Source: Microgenomates group bacterium ADurb.Bin219
Lineage (GTDB): Bacteria; Patescibacteriota; Microgenomatia; UM-FILTER-40-11
Direction of reading: 5' to 3'
NCBI GenBank assembly: GCA_002069945.1
Contig: MWCH01000001.1
Coordinates: forward strand, 90,923-154,922
DNA length: 64,000 nt
The notes beneath the pieces were generated by a model that had not been told where the DNA came from, made no database searches, and was given only the letters and a program-made list of their open reading frames with translations. Shown piece after piece: positions 38,571-48,917 of this stretch (the first letter of the stretch is position 1; each line of letters opens with the position of its first letter). The position numbers and the translations under genes were made by a program.

Positions 38571-40082
38571 ATGTCGTTATTCGGTGATTTGGCCGGGTTA
38601 TTTAAAACTACCGGCAAAACGGAAAAAGTAAAAACTAAGCCCCAGTCTTTTGAAAATAAACCCAAACCCCAACCGCAACTGGTTAATTCTCCCCGGGCGC
38701 CAAAAGTTGATTTGGAAAAACTGGAAAAGTTTGAGGTTCAGGCTCGGGAAATTATTGCCGAAGCCAGGGAAGAAGCGGCTAAAATCAGGGAAGAGGCAGC
38801 CAGAACAAGAACGGAAATTTTCAGCAAGGAAGCGGAAGTGGATCGCCGCGCCGGTGCGATTGAAGAACGGGAGAAAATATTAAGAGTGGGCAAGGAAGAA
38901 GTTGACCGAAAATTAGCCGAAGTTGAGGAAGTAAAAAAACAACAATTGGCCAAATTGGAAAGAATTGCCAATTTAAAGAAAGACGAAGCGCGGCAACTGA
39001 TTTTGGACGCGACGGAGAAAAGATTGGCCGAGGAGGTCGCCAAAAAAATTACCGAAGCGGAGATTCAAATTAAAGCGACGGCCGAGGAAAAAGCCAAAGA
39101 AATCTTGATTGATGCGATGAAACACGGAGCGGTTGATTATGTTCCGGAATATACGGTTTCCAGTATTAAGCTTCCGGACGAAGAGATGAAGGGAAGAATC
39201 ATTGGCAAGGAAGGCCGCAATATCCGCAGTTTTGAAGTGGCTACTGGTGTGGAAGTGGAATTGGACGAAACCTTGGATATCCGGCTTTCGTCTTTTGATC
39301 CGGTAAGAAGAGAAATTGCCAAGAGATCATTGGAAAAACTGATTAAGGACGGCCGGATTCAGCCCCAAAGAATTGAAGAAATTGTGGCCAAGACCAAACA
39401 GGAAGTGGACCGGATTTTATTGGAAGAAGGAGAAAAACTTTGCCATTCCTTAAAAGTTTACAATTTACATCCAGATTTGGTCAAACTTCTTGGCCGCTAT
39501 AAATTTCGTTTTTCTTACGGCCAAAATATGATTGTTCATACTTTGGAAGAAACTCAAATAGGGGTGGCGATTGCCCAGGAATTGAAAGCCAATGTCGCCG
39601 TTGTCCGCTTAGGCTGTCTTCTTCACGATATCGGTAAAATCGTGACCGAAGAGGAAGGAACACATATTCAATTGGGAGTTGATTTGCTTAAAAAGTATCG
39701 TTTACCCGAATCGGTGGTTAATTGCGTTGCCGAGCATCACGAAGATAAACCTTTTTCTTCAATTGAATCGGCGATTACCTGGGTAGCGGATGCCATTTCC
39801 GGCAGCCGCCCGGGCGCCCGTTATGAACCGCACGAAGATTATTTAAAACGGATGACCCACGTTGAAGAAGTGGTCAAATCGTTTGTGGAAGTTGCCGAGG
39901 TGGCCGCTTACCAGGCCGGTCGGGAAGTTCGGGTAATTGTTAAACCGGAAACGGTTTCCGATTCCGAGTTGACGGTTTTGACGGAAAAAATTGCCAAAAA
40001 ACTGGAAGAAGATGCCAAATGGGCCGGTCAGATAAAAGTGACGGCCATCAGGGAAACAAGAGCGGTCGGAATTGCTAAATAA
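38571..40082 (+). CDS. rny: Ribonuclease Y (KH + HD)
   Basis: Coiled-coil N-terminus, KH (GRIIGKEGRNIRSFE), HD (LLHDIGK...EHHED). The recA-recX-rny order mirrors the Firmicutes-type arrangement. Confidence 0.9.
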   Translation: MSLFGDLAGLFKTTGKTEKVKTKPQSFENKPKPQPQLVNSPRAPKVDLEKLEKFEVQAREIIAEAREEAAKIREEAARTRTEIFSKEAEVDRRAGAIEEREKILRVGKEEVDRKLAEVEEVKKQQLAKLERIANLKKDEARQLILDATEKRLAEEVAKKITEAEIQIKATAEEKAKEILIDAMKHGAVDYVPEYTVSSIKLPDEEMKGRIIGKEGRNIRSFEVATGVEVELDETLDIRLSSFDPVRREIAKRSLEKLIKDGRIQPQRIEEIVAKTKQEVDRILLEEGEKLCHSLKVYNLHPDLVKLLGRYKFRFSYGQNMIVHTLEETQIGVAIAQELKANVAVVRLGCLLHDIGKIVTEEEGTHIQLGVDLLKKYRLPESVVNCVAEHHEDKPFSSIESAITWVADAISGSRPGARYEPHEDYLKRMTHVEEVVKSFVEVAEVAAYQAGREVRVIVKPETVSDSELTVLTEKIAKKLEEDAKWAGQIKVTAIRETRAVGIAK

Positions 40083-40117
40083 AAAAAGCAAGGGAGTATT
40101 TTCAACATAATTGGTTA

Positions 40118-40146
40118 TTGACAAGCCGGGGAAATTTGGCTATTCT
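40118..40146 (+). promoter_or_regulatory. Sigma70-like promoter for hup (TTGACA-17-TATTCT)
   Basis: TTGACA at 40118-40123 and TATTCT at 40141-40146. Confidence 0.45.
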
Positions 40147-40210
40147 GGGGGAAAATTATTATTATATTCATTTAGGACAGGAGGTCCGTCCAAACCGGCG
40201 GATTGGAAAA

Positions 40211-40483
40211 ATGAAAAAATCAGATCTGATCAAGGTCGTTTCCATAAAAGCCCATTTAACCAAAAAAGCCAGCACGGAAGCTTTGGAAGTAATCTTTGGA
40301 GAAATTCAAAAGACTTTACAAAAAGGCGAAAAAGTTGTTCTTTCCGGATTTGGAACTTTTAAAACCACTTTGGTTAAAGACAAGATGGTCAAATTTCCCG
40401 GCAGCGGTGAGAAAAAAGTGGTCAAGTCCCACCGGGAAGCCCGTTTTTCTCCGGGCAGAGAATTGAAAAAAATCGTCAAATAA
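40211..40483 (+). CDS. hup: HU/IHF-family DNA-binding protein (90 aa)
   Basis: MKKSDLIKVVS...LSGFGTF.....K...PG.G....V....A.FS.G..LK. The TTG at 40118 is an ORF-finder artefact. Confidence 0.85.
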   Translation: MKKSDLIKVVSIKAHLTKKASTEALEVIFGEIQKTLQKGEKVVLSGFGTFKTTLVKDKMVKFPGSGEKKVVKSHREARFSPGRELKKIVK

Positions 40484-40502
40484 TTCCTCTGTATTTTTTT
40501 AA

Positions 40503-40546
40503 GGTTTATAAACCCTGTTGATTTGTTCTTTGGGTAAACTTATTAT
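40503..40546 (+). promoter_or_regulatory. Perfect 12-bp palindrome GGTTTATAAACC abutting a TTGATT-17-TATTAT promoter; the ABC operon ATG lies 9 nt after the -10
   Basis: Palindrome 40503-40514, -35 at 40518-40523, -10 at 40541-40546, ATG at 40556. Confidence 0.4.
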
Positions 40547-40555
40547 TGGTTTGAT

Positions 40556-41545
40556 ATGCAAAAACCGATAATTGAAGTTAATAACCTCAAAAAGTATTTT
40601 TTGATTCACAAAAAGGAACCGGGATTGGTTGGTTCCTTAAAATCTTTATTTGATCGCCGTTACGAAGAAATTAAGGCGGTTGAAAATGTCTCGTTTTCAA
40701 TAAACGAAGGGGAGTTGGTTGGTTTTATCGGTCCAAACGGAGCCGGGAAAACAACAACTTTAAAATGTCTTTCGGGGTTACTATATCCGACTTCGGGGAA
40801 TGTTTCGGTGATGGGTTTTAATCCCCGGAAAAGGGAATATCCCTTTTTAAAGCAAATATCATTGGTCATGGGTCAAAAAAATCAACTTTGGTGGGATCTC
40901 CCGGCGATTGAGTCATTTATTTTAAATCGTGAGATTTACGAAATCCCCCGATCACAGTATGAAGAAACTTTGGCGGAATTGACTTCTTTACTTGAGGTTA
41001 AAGATATTTTAAAAATCCAAGTCAGAAAACTATCTTTGGGCCAAAGAATGAAATGCGAATTAATCGCGTCATTGCTCCACTGCCCAAAAGTTCTTTTTCT
41101 GGACGAGCCGACAATTGGCTTGGATGTGGTAATGCAAAAAAAGATGCGTGATTTTATTAAAGAATACAACCGACGGAATAGATCAACCGTGATTTTAACT
41201 TCTCACTATATGGGGGATGTTAAAGAGCTTTGCAAGAGAGTAATTATTATAGATAAAGGAAGATTGATTTTTGACGGAGATCTGGCAGAAATCGTAGAAA
41301 AATACGCCGATCATAAGATCTTATCGGTTGTTTTTTCTAAAGAAATTGACCCGAAAAAATTAGAAAAGATAGGAACAGTTAAAGAATATTGTTATCCCCG
41401 GGCGGTAATTTCGATAAAGAGAGAAGCGATTTCGGCAGCAGCCGCCGAATTGCTTCAAAATTTTCCGGTAGCGGATTTAAATGTTGAAGAAATTTCTATA
41501 GAAGAAATTATTCGCGAAGTCTTTACGGGTAAAGATGTTGCTTAA
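40556..41545 (+). CDS. ABC transporter ATP-binding protein (ABC-2 exporter type)
   Basis: Walker A GPNGAGKTT, signature LSLGQRMK, Walker B LFLDEPT. Confidence 0.9.
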   Translation: MQKPIIEVNNLKKYFLIHKKEPGLVGSLKSLFDRRYEEIKAVENVSFSINEGELVGFIGPNGAGKTTTLKCLSGLLYPTSGNVSVMGFNPRKREYPFLKQISLVMGQKNQLWWDLPAIESFILNREIYEIPRSQYEETLAELTSLLEVKDILKIQVRKLSLGQRMKCELIASLLHCPKVLFLDEPTIGLDVVMQKKMRDFIKEYNRRNRSTVILTSHYMGDVKELCKRVIIIDKGRLIFDGDLAEIVEKYADHKILSVVFSKEIDPKKLEKIGTVKEYCYPRAVISIKREAISAAAAELLQNFPVADLNVEEISIEEIIREVFTGKDVA

Positions 41546-41547
41546 AA

Positions 41548-42345
41548 GTGAAAAAATATCTTCAGATCATTAAAATAACCTTTCAGGAGTATTTTGAGTA
41601 TCGGTTGAATTTTATTCTTTGGCGTTTTCGAAATCTAATTTCCTTGTTTGTCTTGTTGTCTTTTTGGCTGGCGTTATTTGGTGAAAAAACTGATTTTTTG
41701 GATTACAGCAAGTCGCAAATTTTGACCTACGTTCTGGGAATTTCTTTACTTAAAAGTATTGTTATCGCATCGCGGTCAATTGATTTGGGTGGCCAAATAA
41801 AAAGTGGATATTTGACCAAGTTATTAATTCAACCGATAAATTTGTTTAAGTTTTGGTTTTCGCGGGATTTGGCAGACAAGTTAATGAACATTTTTTTTAT
41901 GATTTTTGAAATTTTCCTGGTTATCAAAATTTTTAATTTAAATTTACTCTTCCCAAAAGACCCGGCGACTTATTTCGTTTTTTTTATTTTGGTTTTTTTG
42001 GCTACCGGACTATATTTTTATTTAAGTTTTCTTCTTTCCTGTTTGGCTTTTTGGACCGATGAAATTTGGGCGACCCGTTTTCTTTTTGGCTTTATTTTTC
42101 TTGAATTTTTTTCCGGATCACTTTTCCCGATTGATATTCTCCCCGGTGTTTTAAAAAAAATTGCGTTTTGCTCGCCGTTTCCTTATTTAATTTATTATCC
42201 GTTAAAGTTTTGGTTGGGGCAAATTTCATTCAAATCTGTTTTTTGGGTAATTTTGATGGAAATATTTTGGCTGATTTTATTTAAAAAATTGGCTCTTTAT
42301 TTCTGGGAAAAAGGATCGAAAGATTACGGAGCTTATGGAGGATAA
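41548..42345 (+). CDS. ABC-2 family transporter permease
   Basis: Six-transmembrane hydrophobic protein immediately after the ATPase. Confidence 0.65.
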   Translation: MKKYLQIIKITFQEYFEYRLNFILWRFRNLISLFVLLSFWLALFGEKTDFLDYSKSQILTYVLGISLLKSIVIASRSIDLGGQIKSGYLTKLLIQPINLFKFWFSRDLADKLMNIFFMIFEIFLVIKIFNLNLLFPKDPATYFVFFILVFLATGLYFYLSFLLSCLAFWTDEIWATRFLFGFIFLEFFSGSLFPIDILPGVLKKIAFCSPFPYLIYYPLKFWLGQISFKSVFWVILMEIFWLILFKKLALYFWEKGSKDYGAYGG

Positions 42346-43159
42346 ACGAAATTTAAAATTTAATAAAAAGCCCAATTTTAGGTTAATAAAAATTTGGTTA
42401 ATGGTGGCTTCACGCGCAGCGCAAACTCAACTTTTAACCAATTGGGGCGGTTTGCTTTTTTTGATCGGGAAAATTGTGAGGTTTTCAATTTTTTTGGTTT
42501 TTCTCCTTACGGTTTCCGGTCCGCAAAAGATTTTTTTGGGTTATTCAAAACAGCAGGTAATAATTTTTTATTTGATTTTTAACCTTATGGATAGTGTTTC
42601 CCAATTTCTTTTTCGAGGCGCATATTTATTTCGGAACTTAATAGTTACAGGAAACTACGATTTGGACCTTTTAAAACCGTTGCCTTCATATTTTCGGCCT
42701 GTTTTCGGTTGGACCGATATCTTGGATTTTTTAACTCTTCCGCCTTTACTCTTTTATCTTTTTTGGTATCTCGAAAAAAATTTTTATTTGGTTAGTATTT
42801 TTAATCTTATCCAATTTTTCTTTTTATTTGCCATCGGTTTGACAATTTCTTTTGCTTTTCATTTGATAATTTGCGCCATTTGCGTTCTAACAACAGAAAT
42901 AGACAGTTTAATTTTAATATACCGCGATATTTCTTCAATGGGACGATTTCCCATTGATATTTACCCCCAAATTATTCAGGATATTCTAACTTTTATTATT
43001 CCAATTGCCGTTATGATGACGATTCCGGCAAAAGCATTAACCGGCTTGCTTTCCTGGCAAGGGATGATAATACCTTCTTTAATTGGAGTATTTTTCTCTT
43101 TAATTTCTTTCCGTTTTTGGCGATTCGCCCTAAGAAAGTATTCCTCAGCTTCAAGCTAG
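42335..43159 (+). CDS. ABC-2 family transporter permease (second subunit)
   Basis: Polytopic membrane protein overlapping the previous permease by 11 nt. Confidence 0.65.
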   Translation: MEDKRNLKFNKKPNFRLIKIWLMVASRAAQTQLLTNWGGLLFLIGKIVRFSIFLVFLLTVSGPQKIFLGYSKQQVIIFYLIFNLMDSVSQFLFRGAYLFRNLIVTGNYDLDLLKPLPSYFRPVFGWTDILDFLTLPPLLFYLFWYLEKNFYLVSIFNLIQFFFLFAIGLTISFAFHLIICAICVLTTEIDSLILIYRDISSMGRFPIDIYPQIIQDILTFIIPIAVMMTIPAKALTGLLSWQGMIIPSLIGVFFSLISFRFWRFALRKYSSASS

Positions 43160-43239
43160 TCGTCATACTGTATAATTATTTTTGCCGTTACAACTAAGCT
43201 TTTGTTATTGTCGGCAAAAATATTAATTATCGGAGATTA

Positions 43240-44310
43240 ATGAAAAGAAATAACTATTATTTTATAAAAACTTTCGGTTGCCAAATGAATGTGGCCGATT
43301 CGGAAAGAATCGCCGGTTGGTACGAAAACCGCGGTTGGAAACCGGCGGATAAAATTGAAAAAGCCGACGAAGCGGTAATTAATTCCTGTTCGGTAAGGCA
43401 ATCGGCGGAAAATCGGGTTTTCGGGTTGGTAAATAATCTTTCAAAAATAAAAAATAAAAACCCCAAATTTAAAATAATTTTGACCGGTTGCATGCTTCGC
43501 TATCCGCTTGCGGATTTAAGAAAAAAACTTCCCGGGGTAAATGAATTCAAAAAAATTTCCGAATTTCTCCTTGATTCAAAATTCATAATTCATAATTCAA
43601 GTGTTCATGCTTATATTCCCATTATGGAAGGTTGTAATAATTTTTGTTCTTATTGCGTTGTTCCTTATGCCCGGGGCAGAGAAAAATCTAAGCCGCTTAA
43701 GGAAATACTTTGTGAGGCAAAAGAACTTGTCGAAAGAGGTTATCGGGAAATTACCTTGCTTGGACAGAACGTCAATAGTTACGGAAAAGACAGCCAAATC
43801 TCTAAATCAAAAAGCAAAACAAAAAATTTCAAGGTTCCTTTTGCGGAATTGTTAAAAGAATTAAGCAAAATAGAAAAATTGGAAAAGATTTCCTTTATGA
43901 CTTCCAATCCGTGGGATTTAACCGATGACATTATTGAGACGATGAGTTTGCCTAAAATCGACCGTTATTTACATTTGGCGGTTCAGTCCGGAAACAACGA
44001 AATATTGAAAAAAATGAACAGAAAGTATTCGGCTAAAGATTTTCTCGCTTTAGTCAAAAAAATCAGACAAAAAATTCCCGAAATTAAAATAGGAACCGAC
44101 ATTATTGTCGGTTTTCCCGGCGAAAGCGAAAAGCAATTTCAAGAAACGGTTGCTCTTTGCCGGAAGATCGGTTTTACAAAAGCTTATATTTCCCTTTATT
44201 CCCCGCGTCCGGGGACAGGAGCGTTTAGACTAAAAGATGATGTTTCTTATCGGGAGAAAAAAAGGCGCTGGTTAATTTTAGACCGGTTAATTAACCAACA
44301 TGTGTTTTAG
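43240..44310 (+). CDS. miaB: MiaB/RimO-family radical-SAM methylthiotransferase, apparently lacking the C-terminal TRAM domain
   Basis: MTTase N-terminus [11 protein letters not shown]...NSCSVR and the radical-SAM [15 protein letters not shown]. The protein ends at 356 aa. Its 3' end overlaps the convergent gpmA by 20 nt. Confidence 0.75.
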   Translation: MKRNNYYFIKTFGCQMNVADSERIAGWYENRGWKPADKIEKADEAVINSCSVRQSAENRVFGLVNNLSKIKNKNPKFKIILTGCMLRYPLADLRKKLPGVNEFKKISEFLLDSKFIIHNSSVHAYIPIMEGCNNFCSYCVVPYARGREKSKPLKEILCEAKELVERGYREITLLGQNVNSYGKDSQISKSKSKTKNFKVPFAELLKELSKIEKLEKISFMTSNPWDLTDDIIETMSLPKIDRYLHLAVQSGNNEILKKMNRKYSAKDFLALVKKIRQKIPEIKIGTDIIVGFPGESEKQFQETVALCRKIGFTKAYISLYSPRPGTGAFRLKDDVSYREKKRRWLILDRLINQHVF

Positions 44311-45052
44311 CGGTTTTTCCTTGATTTTTAACTTCTTCAATTAAAAGGCGAATATTCTCTTCTTGGCCAAGATAATAATGTTTTAATGGTTTAAGGTTTT
44401 CGTCCAATTCATAGACTAAAGGTATTCCGGTCGGTAAATTAAGTTCCTCAATTTCTTTTTCGGAAAGATTGTCCAAATATTTTATTAATGCCCTTAGGCT
44501 GTTGCCGTGGGCGGAGATTAAAACTCTCTTTCCTTTTTTAACCAAAGGCGCAATTTCTTTTTCCCAACAAGGAAGAACGCGGTTAACAACATCGGCCAAT
44601 GATTCCGTTAGCGGCAGTTGTTTCGGATCGACATTTTGATATAAAGGGTCTTTTGCCGGCGAAGTCGGATCATCCGGACTAAGACCGGGCGGTCGGACGG
44701 CATAACTGCGGCGCCAGATTTTAACCTGTTCTTCTCCGTATTTGGCTGCCGTTTCCGCTTTATTTAAACCTTGCAGATTTCCGTAATGGCGCTCGTTCAA
44801 ACGCCAATCTTTGATAAGGGGAATATTAGCTAAGGCCATTTCTCTTAAGACTAACTCTGTAGTTTGGGTCGCTCTTTTTAAAACGGAAGTAAAAATACAG
44901 TCAAAAGAATAACCTTCCTTTTTTAAGGTTTGGCCGGCAATTTCCGCTTCTTTTTTTCCCTTCTCGGTTAGGCCGACATCAATCCAGCCGGTAAAACGGT
45001 TTTCTTTGTTCCAAAGGCTTTCTCCATGGCGAAGCAATACCAGCTTAATCAT
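44291..45052 (-). CDS. gpmA: 2,3-bisphosphoglycerate-dependent phosphoglycerate mutase (start [15 protein letters not shown] at 45052)
   Basis: LLRHGES.WN, ...[10 protein letters not shown]. The ORF-finder start at 45163 adds 37 non-homologous residues. Confidence 0.9.
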   Translation of the reverse strand: MIKLVLLRHGESLWNKENRFTGWIDVGLTEKGKKEAEIAGQTLKKEGYSFDCIFTSVLKRATQTTELVLREMALANIPLIKDWRLNERHYGNLQGLNKAETAAKYGEEQVKIWRRSYAVRPPGLSPDDPTSPAKDPLYQNVDPKQLPLTESLADVVNRVLPCWEKEIAPLVKKGKRVLISAHGNSLRALIKYLDNLSEKEIEELNLPTGIPLVYELDENLKPLKHYYLGQEENIRLLIEEVKNQGKTAKTHVG

Positions 45053-46314
45053 TTTTTTTTGGCTAGGGATTCTCCAATTCGCAATAAGCGATTGTATTTG
45101 GCGACTCTTTCTCCGCGGTCCGGGCCGCCGAATTTTGATTGCCAGGAACCGGTTCCGACGCAAAGATCGGCGATTAAATCGTCATTGGTTTCTCCGCCGC
45201 GGTGAGAAATTACCGAAGTAAATCCGGCCGAATCGGCCAACTTTATCGCTTTGATGGTTTCGGTTATTGTTCCGATTTGGTTAACCTTAATCAAAACACT
45301 GTTACAGGCTTTCAAATCAATGGCTTTTTGAATTCTTTGCGCATTGGTGGTTAAAAGATCGTCACCGACGATTTGACACCGGTTGCCGATTCTGGCGGTG
45401 AGCTTGGTCCAAGATTCCCAATCTTCCTGTTCAAACATGTCTTCCAAAGACCAGAGGGGATATCTTTCCGACCAATCGACAATTTTTTCCAGCCATTCTT
45501 CTTTTGTCAGCGTTAAATTATCTTCGCTTTTAAGTTCGTATTTGCCTGCCTCAGAGAATTCTGAAGCGGCGGCATCTACTCCCAGCAAAATTTGCTCATC
45601 CATTTTGTAACCGGCTTTTTCCGAGGCTTGGATCATCAATTCAAAAGCCTCTTCGTTGGTTTTCATCTCTTTGGGCATATAAGCGCCTTCAAAGCCGACG
45701 CCGACAGCATAGCCTTTATCGTTAAGAATTTTTTCCATTGACCGAAAGATTTCGGCTCCTGCCCGTAAACGGTCACGGAAATTCGGGAAAGCTTCTTTCT
45801 TGGGAATAACGAAGAATTCCTGACAGTCGGTTGCCCAATTGCCGTGTTTGCCTCCCTCCAGAATTAAAACCAGAGGCTGGGGCAGAACAAATCGGGAATT
45901 TTGAGACAGCTGGCCAAAATATTGGTAAAGGGGCAGTTTTTGGGAACGGGCTGCCGCCCGGCAAATTGCCATAGAAACTCCGGTCAGGGCATTTCCTCCC
46001 AATTTGGATTTATTTTCCGTGCCGTCCAAAGCAATTAAAATTTCGTCAATTTTTTGCTGGTCGTAGGCGTCTTGGCCGACAAGAGCTTGTTTAATCGGGC
46101 CGTTAATGTTGGCGATGGCCTTAAGGACACCTTTTCCCAAATAGCGAGACGGGTCGTTATCCCTCATTTCAAAGGCTTCGGTCGCTCCGGTTGAAGCTCC
46201 CGAAGGAACCCCGCCCAAAGCCTTAATACCGTTTTCCAGCGTGACTTCCGCTTCAACTGTGGGATTGCCTTTGGAGTCCAGAATTTCCCGTCCGAATAAA
46301 TTAGTAATTTTCAT
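45049..46314 (-). CDS. eno: Enolase
   Basis: [16 protein letters not shown]...SGASTG; [10 protein letters not shown]; SHRSGETED-like (SHRGGETND). Confidence 0.97.
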   Translation of the reverse strand: MKITNLFGREILDSKGNPTVEAEVTLENGIKALGGVPSGASTGATEAFEMRDNDPSRYLGKGVLKAIANINGPIKQALVGQDAYDQQKIDEILIALDGTENKSKLGGNALTGVSMAICRAAARSQKLPLYQYFGQLSQNSRFVLPQPLVLILEGGKHGNWATDCQEFFVIPKKEAFPNFRDRLRAGAEIFRSMEKILNDKGYAVGVGFEGAYMPKEMKTNEEAFELMIQASEKAGYKMDEQILLGVDAAASEFSEAGKYELKSEDNLTLTKEEWLEKIVDWSERYPLWSLEDMFEQEDWESWTKLTARIGNRCQIVGDDLLTTNAQRIQKAIDLKACNSVLIKVNQIGTITETIKAIKLADSAGFTSVISHRGGETNDDLIADLCVGTGSWQSKFGGPDRGERVAKYNRLLRIGESLAKKK

Positions 46315-46359
46315 AACATTTTTTTGACTTCTTAAAGATAAATTTTAGCACCTTTTTCT

Positions 46360-46368
46360 CCGGTTAGG
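46360..46368 (+). promoter_or_regulatory. TAGGTATAAT -10 element only 10 nt upstream of the miaA ATG (near-leaderless)
   Basis: TATAAT at 46363-46368 and ATG at 46379. Confidence 0.35.
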
Positions 46369-46378
46369 TATAATCAAG

Positions 46379-47389
46379 ATGTTTATGAGCAGGAAATTAT
46401 TGGTTATCGCCGGTCCGACGGCAACCGGCAAGACGAATTTGGCGATCGGATTGGCCAATAAATTTGACGGGGAAATCGTTTCCGCCGACAGCCGTCAGGT
46501 ATATAAGGATATGAATATTGGGACAGGCAAGGACGTTGGCAATGAAAAATTAAAAATCAAAAATGAAAAATTACAAAGCAAAGTTGGAAAAGAGATAAAT
46601 AAAAAATTTACCTTAGGCGTATACGAATTAAAGGGAATCCCCGTTTGGTTATATGATGTGACGGAACCGGATTTTCAATTTTCCGCAGCGGATTATGTTA
46701 GATGTGCCAAGTTGGTAATTAACGACATTTGGCAGCGGGAAAAATTGCCCATTTTGGTTGGCGGAACCGGTTTTTATATTAAAGCCTTGGTGGATGGGGT
46801 TGAAACATTGGGAATGGAACCGGATTGGGAATTAAGAAAGCGATTGGGCAATTTGGGAATTGATCAATTAAGGGAAATTTTAGAGAAAACTTGTCCCGAG
46901 CGCATTAGAAAGATGAACGAGAGCGACAGGTCTAATCCGAGAAGGTTAATCAGAGCGATTGAGATTGCGACGCAGCCGCAAAGTGCGAAGTGCAAAGCGA
47001 AAAGTTCAAAGTTAAAGATTGGCAATTTACTGATAATCGGCCTAAAAGCACCTTATAAAATTCTTTACCAAAGAATTGATAAAAGAGTGAAGGAAAGAGT
47101 GGCGCAGGGAGTAGAAAAAGAGATTGAGGGTTTAATAAAGAAAGGCTTTAATTTTGAGAATTCGGTTTTGGAAACAACCATCGGTTATAAGGAGTGGCAA
47201 ATTCTGATATCCAATATCAAGCATCCGATATCGGATATTATTGTCCGTTGGCAATTAAATGAACACCAATACGCCAAAAGGCAAATGACTTGGTTTAAGG
47301 CCGATTCGCGGATTCGCTGGTTTGACGTCACCAAAACAAATTTTGGAAGCGAGGTAGAAACCCTTGTCAAACAATGGTATGATAAATGA
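46379..47389 (+). CDS. miaA: tRNA dimethylallyltransferase
   Basis: P-loop AGPTATGKT, ...ADSRQVY, with an insert of about 30 aa; ends with TGA. Confidence 0.9.
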   Translation: MFMSRKLLVIAGPTATGKTNLAIGLANKFDGEIVSADSRQVYKDMNIGTGKDVGNEKLKIKNEKLQSKVGKEINKKFTLGVYELKGIPVWLYDVTEPDFQFSAADYVRCAKLVINDIWQREKLPILVGGTGFYIKALVDGVETLGMEPDWELRKRLGNLGIDQLREILEKTCPERIRKMNESDRSNPRRLIRAIEIATQPQSAKCKAKSSKLKIGNLLIIGLKAPYKILYQRIDKRVKERVAQGVEKEIEGLIKKGFNFENSVLETTIGYKEWQILISNIKHPISDIIVRWQLNEHQYAKRQMTWFKADSRIRWFDVTKTNFGSEVETLVKQWYDK

Positions 47390-47390
47390 T

Positions 47391-48377
47391 ATGAAGCCTC
47401 TGAAGATTGAAATTTCCCATCGGACCATAATTTTTACCGCCGTTTTTATTTTTGCTTTATGGCTGGTTTCCGAGATAAAAGACATTCTTTTTCTTTTGTT
47501 CATTGCTTTGATGATGATGGCGGCGCTTGAGCCTCTGGTAAAAAAGCTGGAATCTTTAAAACTTCCTCGTTGGTTGGCAATCGTTTTTATTTATATTTTT
47601 TTAATTTCCTTTTTCGGAATCGCCTTTGCCGGCATAATTCCGCCCTTGGTTGATCAAACATCGGTTTTGATTAATAGCTTACCCGCACTGATAAAAGAAA
47701 TAGATCTAATTGGGATTGACCAGACAATTGTTAACGGATTTGTCTCCCAATTGGGGAATGCTCCGGCCGGAGTAATCGGTTTTTTTATCAGTCTTTTTTC
47801 CAATTTGGCTACTGTTTTGGTGGTGGCCATCCTCAATTTCTATTTATTGATGGAAAGAAAAAATCTTAATCAATATTTGGCCAAGCTTTTGGAAAAAGAG
47901 GGGGAAAGGCAAGTGATCGAAATTTTGGAAAAAATTGAAATTCGCTTGGGATCTTGGATCCGGGCGGAAATAACTTTAATGACCTTTGTCGGGATCATTT
48001 CCTATTTCGGCTTTCGTCTTTTGGGTTTGGAATTTGCCTTGCCGTTGGCCATCATTGCCGGGATTTTGGAAATTATTCCCAATTTCGGACCGATTGCCGC
48101 GACGATTCCGGCCGTCTTGGCGGGATTGGCAATGTCCGGCTGGCATGCGTTGGCAGCTCTCTCCTGGTGCTTTATTGTTCAGCAGCTGGAAAATAATTTC
48201 ATTGTTCCCCGGGTGATGAAAAAAGTCGTCGGTCTAAATCCTCTGGTGACCATTCTTTCTTTAAGTGTCGGCTTGAGGCTGGCCGGAATTGCCGGTGCGA
48301 CTTTGGCGATTCCGGTGGTTTTGGCTTTGGAAGTAGTATTTGCCGAATTTGCTCGCCAAAAATCTCTCTTAAAATAG
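47391..48377 (+). CDS. AI-2E (PerM/UPF0118) family transporter. The start is probably the ATG at 47391, right after the miaA stop; the ORF track gives TTG at 47364.
   Basis: Polytopic protein with the ...QQLENNFIVPRVM... AI-2E signature. Confidence 0.8.
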   Translation: MKPLKIEISHRTIIFTAVFIFALWLVSEIKDILFLLFIALMMMAALEPLVKKLESLKLPRWLAIVFIYIFLISFFGIAFAGIIPPLVDQTSVLINSLPALIKEIDLIGIDQTIVNGFVSQLGNAPAGVIGFFISLFSNLATVLVVAILNFYLLMERKNLNQYLAKLLEKEGERQVIEILEKIEIRLGSWIRAEITLMTFVGIISYFGFRLLGLEFALPLAIIAGILEIIPNFGPIAATIPAVLAGLAMSGWHALAALSWCFIVQQLENNFIVPRVMKKVVGLNPLVTILSLSVGLRLAGIAGATLAIPVVLALEVVFAEFARQKSLLK

Positions 48378-48412
48378 TTGCTTTTTAGCTTCAAAAGGAG
48401 TAAAATACCCCC

Positions 48413-48822
48413 GGAAGTCGGACAGCTGCCCCACGTCGCCGGGCCCTGTGCTCAGCTATGAGGGGAGGAAAGTCCAGACAACAGCAGGCAGGGTGTCCGG
48501 TGCAAGCCGGAGTAACTCCGTCCGCCGATTTGGCGGACGAGAGACCAGTAAGAGCAACAGTGACGATACGGGTGGCGCCGGGTGAAACGACCAAGCCTCA
48601 GGGTTTTCGACATTGTTCAGGGTTAACCTGAGCGAAGTCCCGCCTGGCGGGACGAGTCGAAGGGCAATCCTTCCCGTTGCAATCTTCGAATAGTCCGTTT
48701 CCCGATTTTTCGGGAATAAGGTTGCTTGCCCGAGGACTAAGGTTTAAGAGCAAAGATAGATGGCTGTCATCCGCTCTCCGAATCGGAAGGCGGAACAGAA
48801 TCTGGCTTATAGACTTCCTTAT
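48413..48822 (+). ncRNA. rnpB: RNase P RNA (bacterial type A)
   Basis: Conserved P4 halves GAGGAAAGUCC(A)G..C and ACAGAAUCUGGCUUAU. CAGGGUG.C.GGU, GUAAGAGC and GGUUGCUUG blocks present. P1 pairing GGAAGUC...GACUUCC. Confidence 0.8.
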
Positions 48823-48828
48823 CGCTTA

Positions 48829-48866
48829 CGCCCCGCCTAAACGGCGGGGCGAAGTGTGTTTTTTCG
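48829..48866 (+). terminator. Intrinsic terminator after rnpB
   Basis: CGCCCCGCC-UAAA-CGGCGGGGCG followed by a U-tract. Confidence 0.6.
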
Positions 48867-48917
48867 GTTAATTGGCTATAATAAAAAGGCGGAACAAATT
48901 AAAAAACAACAAATAAA

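Noticed and set aside
38650-39043. ORFs 38650..38883 (+) and 38738..39043 (-) inside rny
   Set aside because: These are alternate-frame or antisense ORFs in a Lys/Glu/Ala-rich coiled-coil coding region.
40118-40210. TTG-initiated 121-aa form of the HU gene
   Set aside because: The N-terminal 31 residues overlap the promoter (TTGACA...TATTCT). HU homology begins at the ATG at 40211.
48391-48871. ORFs 48391..48594 (-) and 48677..48871 (+)
   Set aside because: They lie entirely inside the RNase P RNA gene and its terminator, and their GC-rich composition reflects RNA structure. They are not coding.
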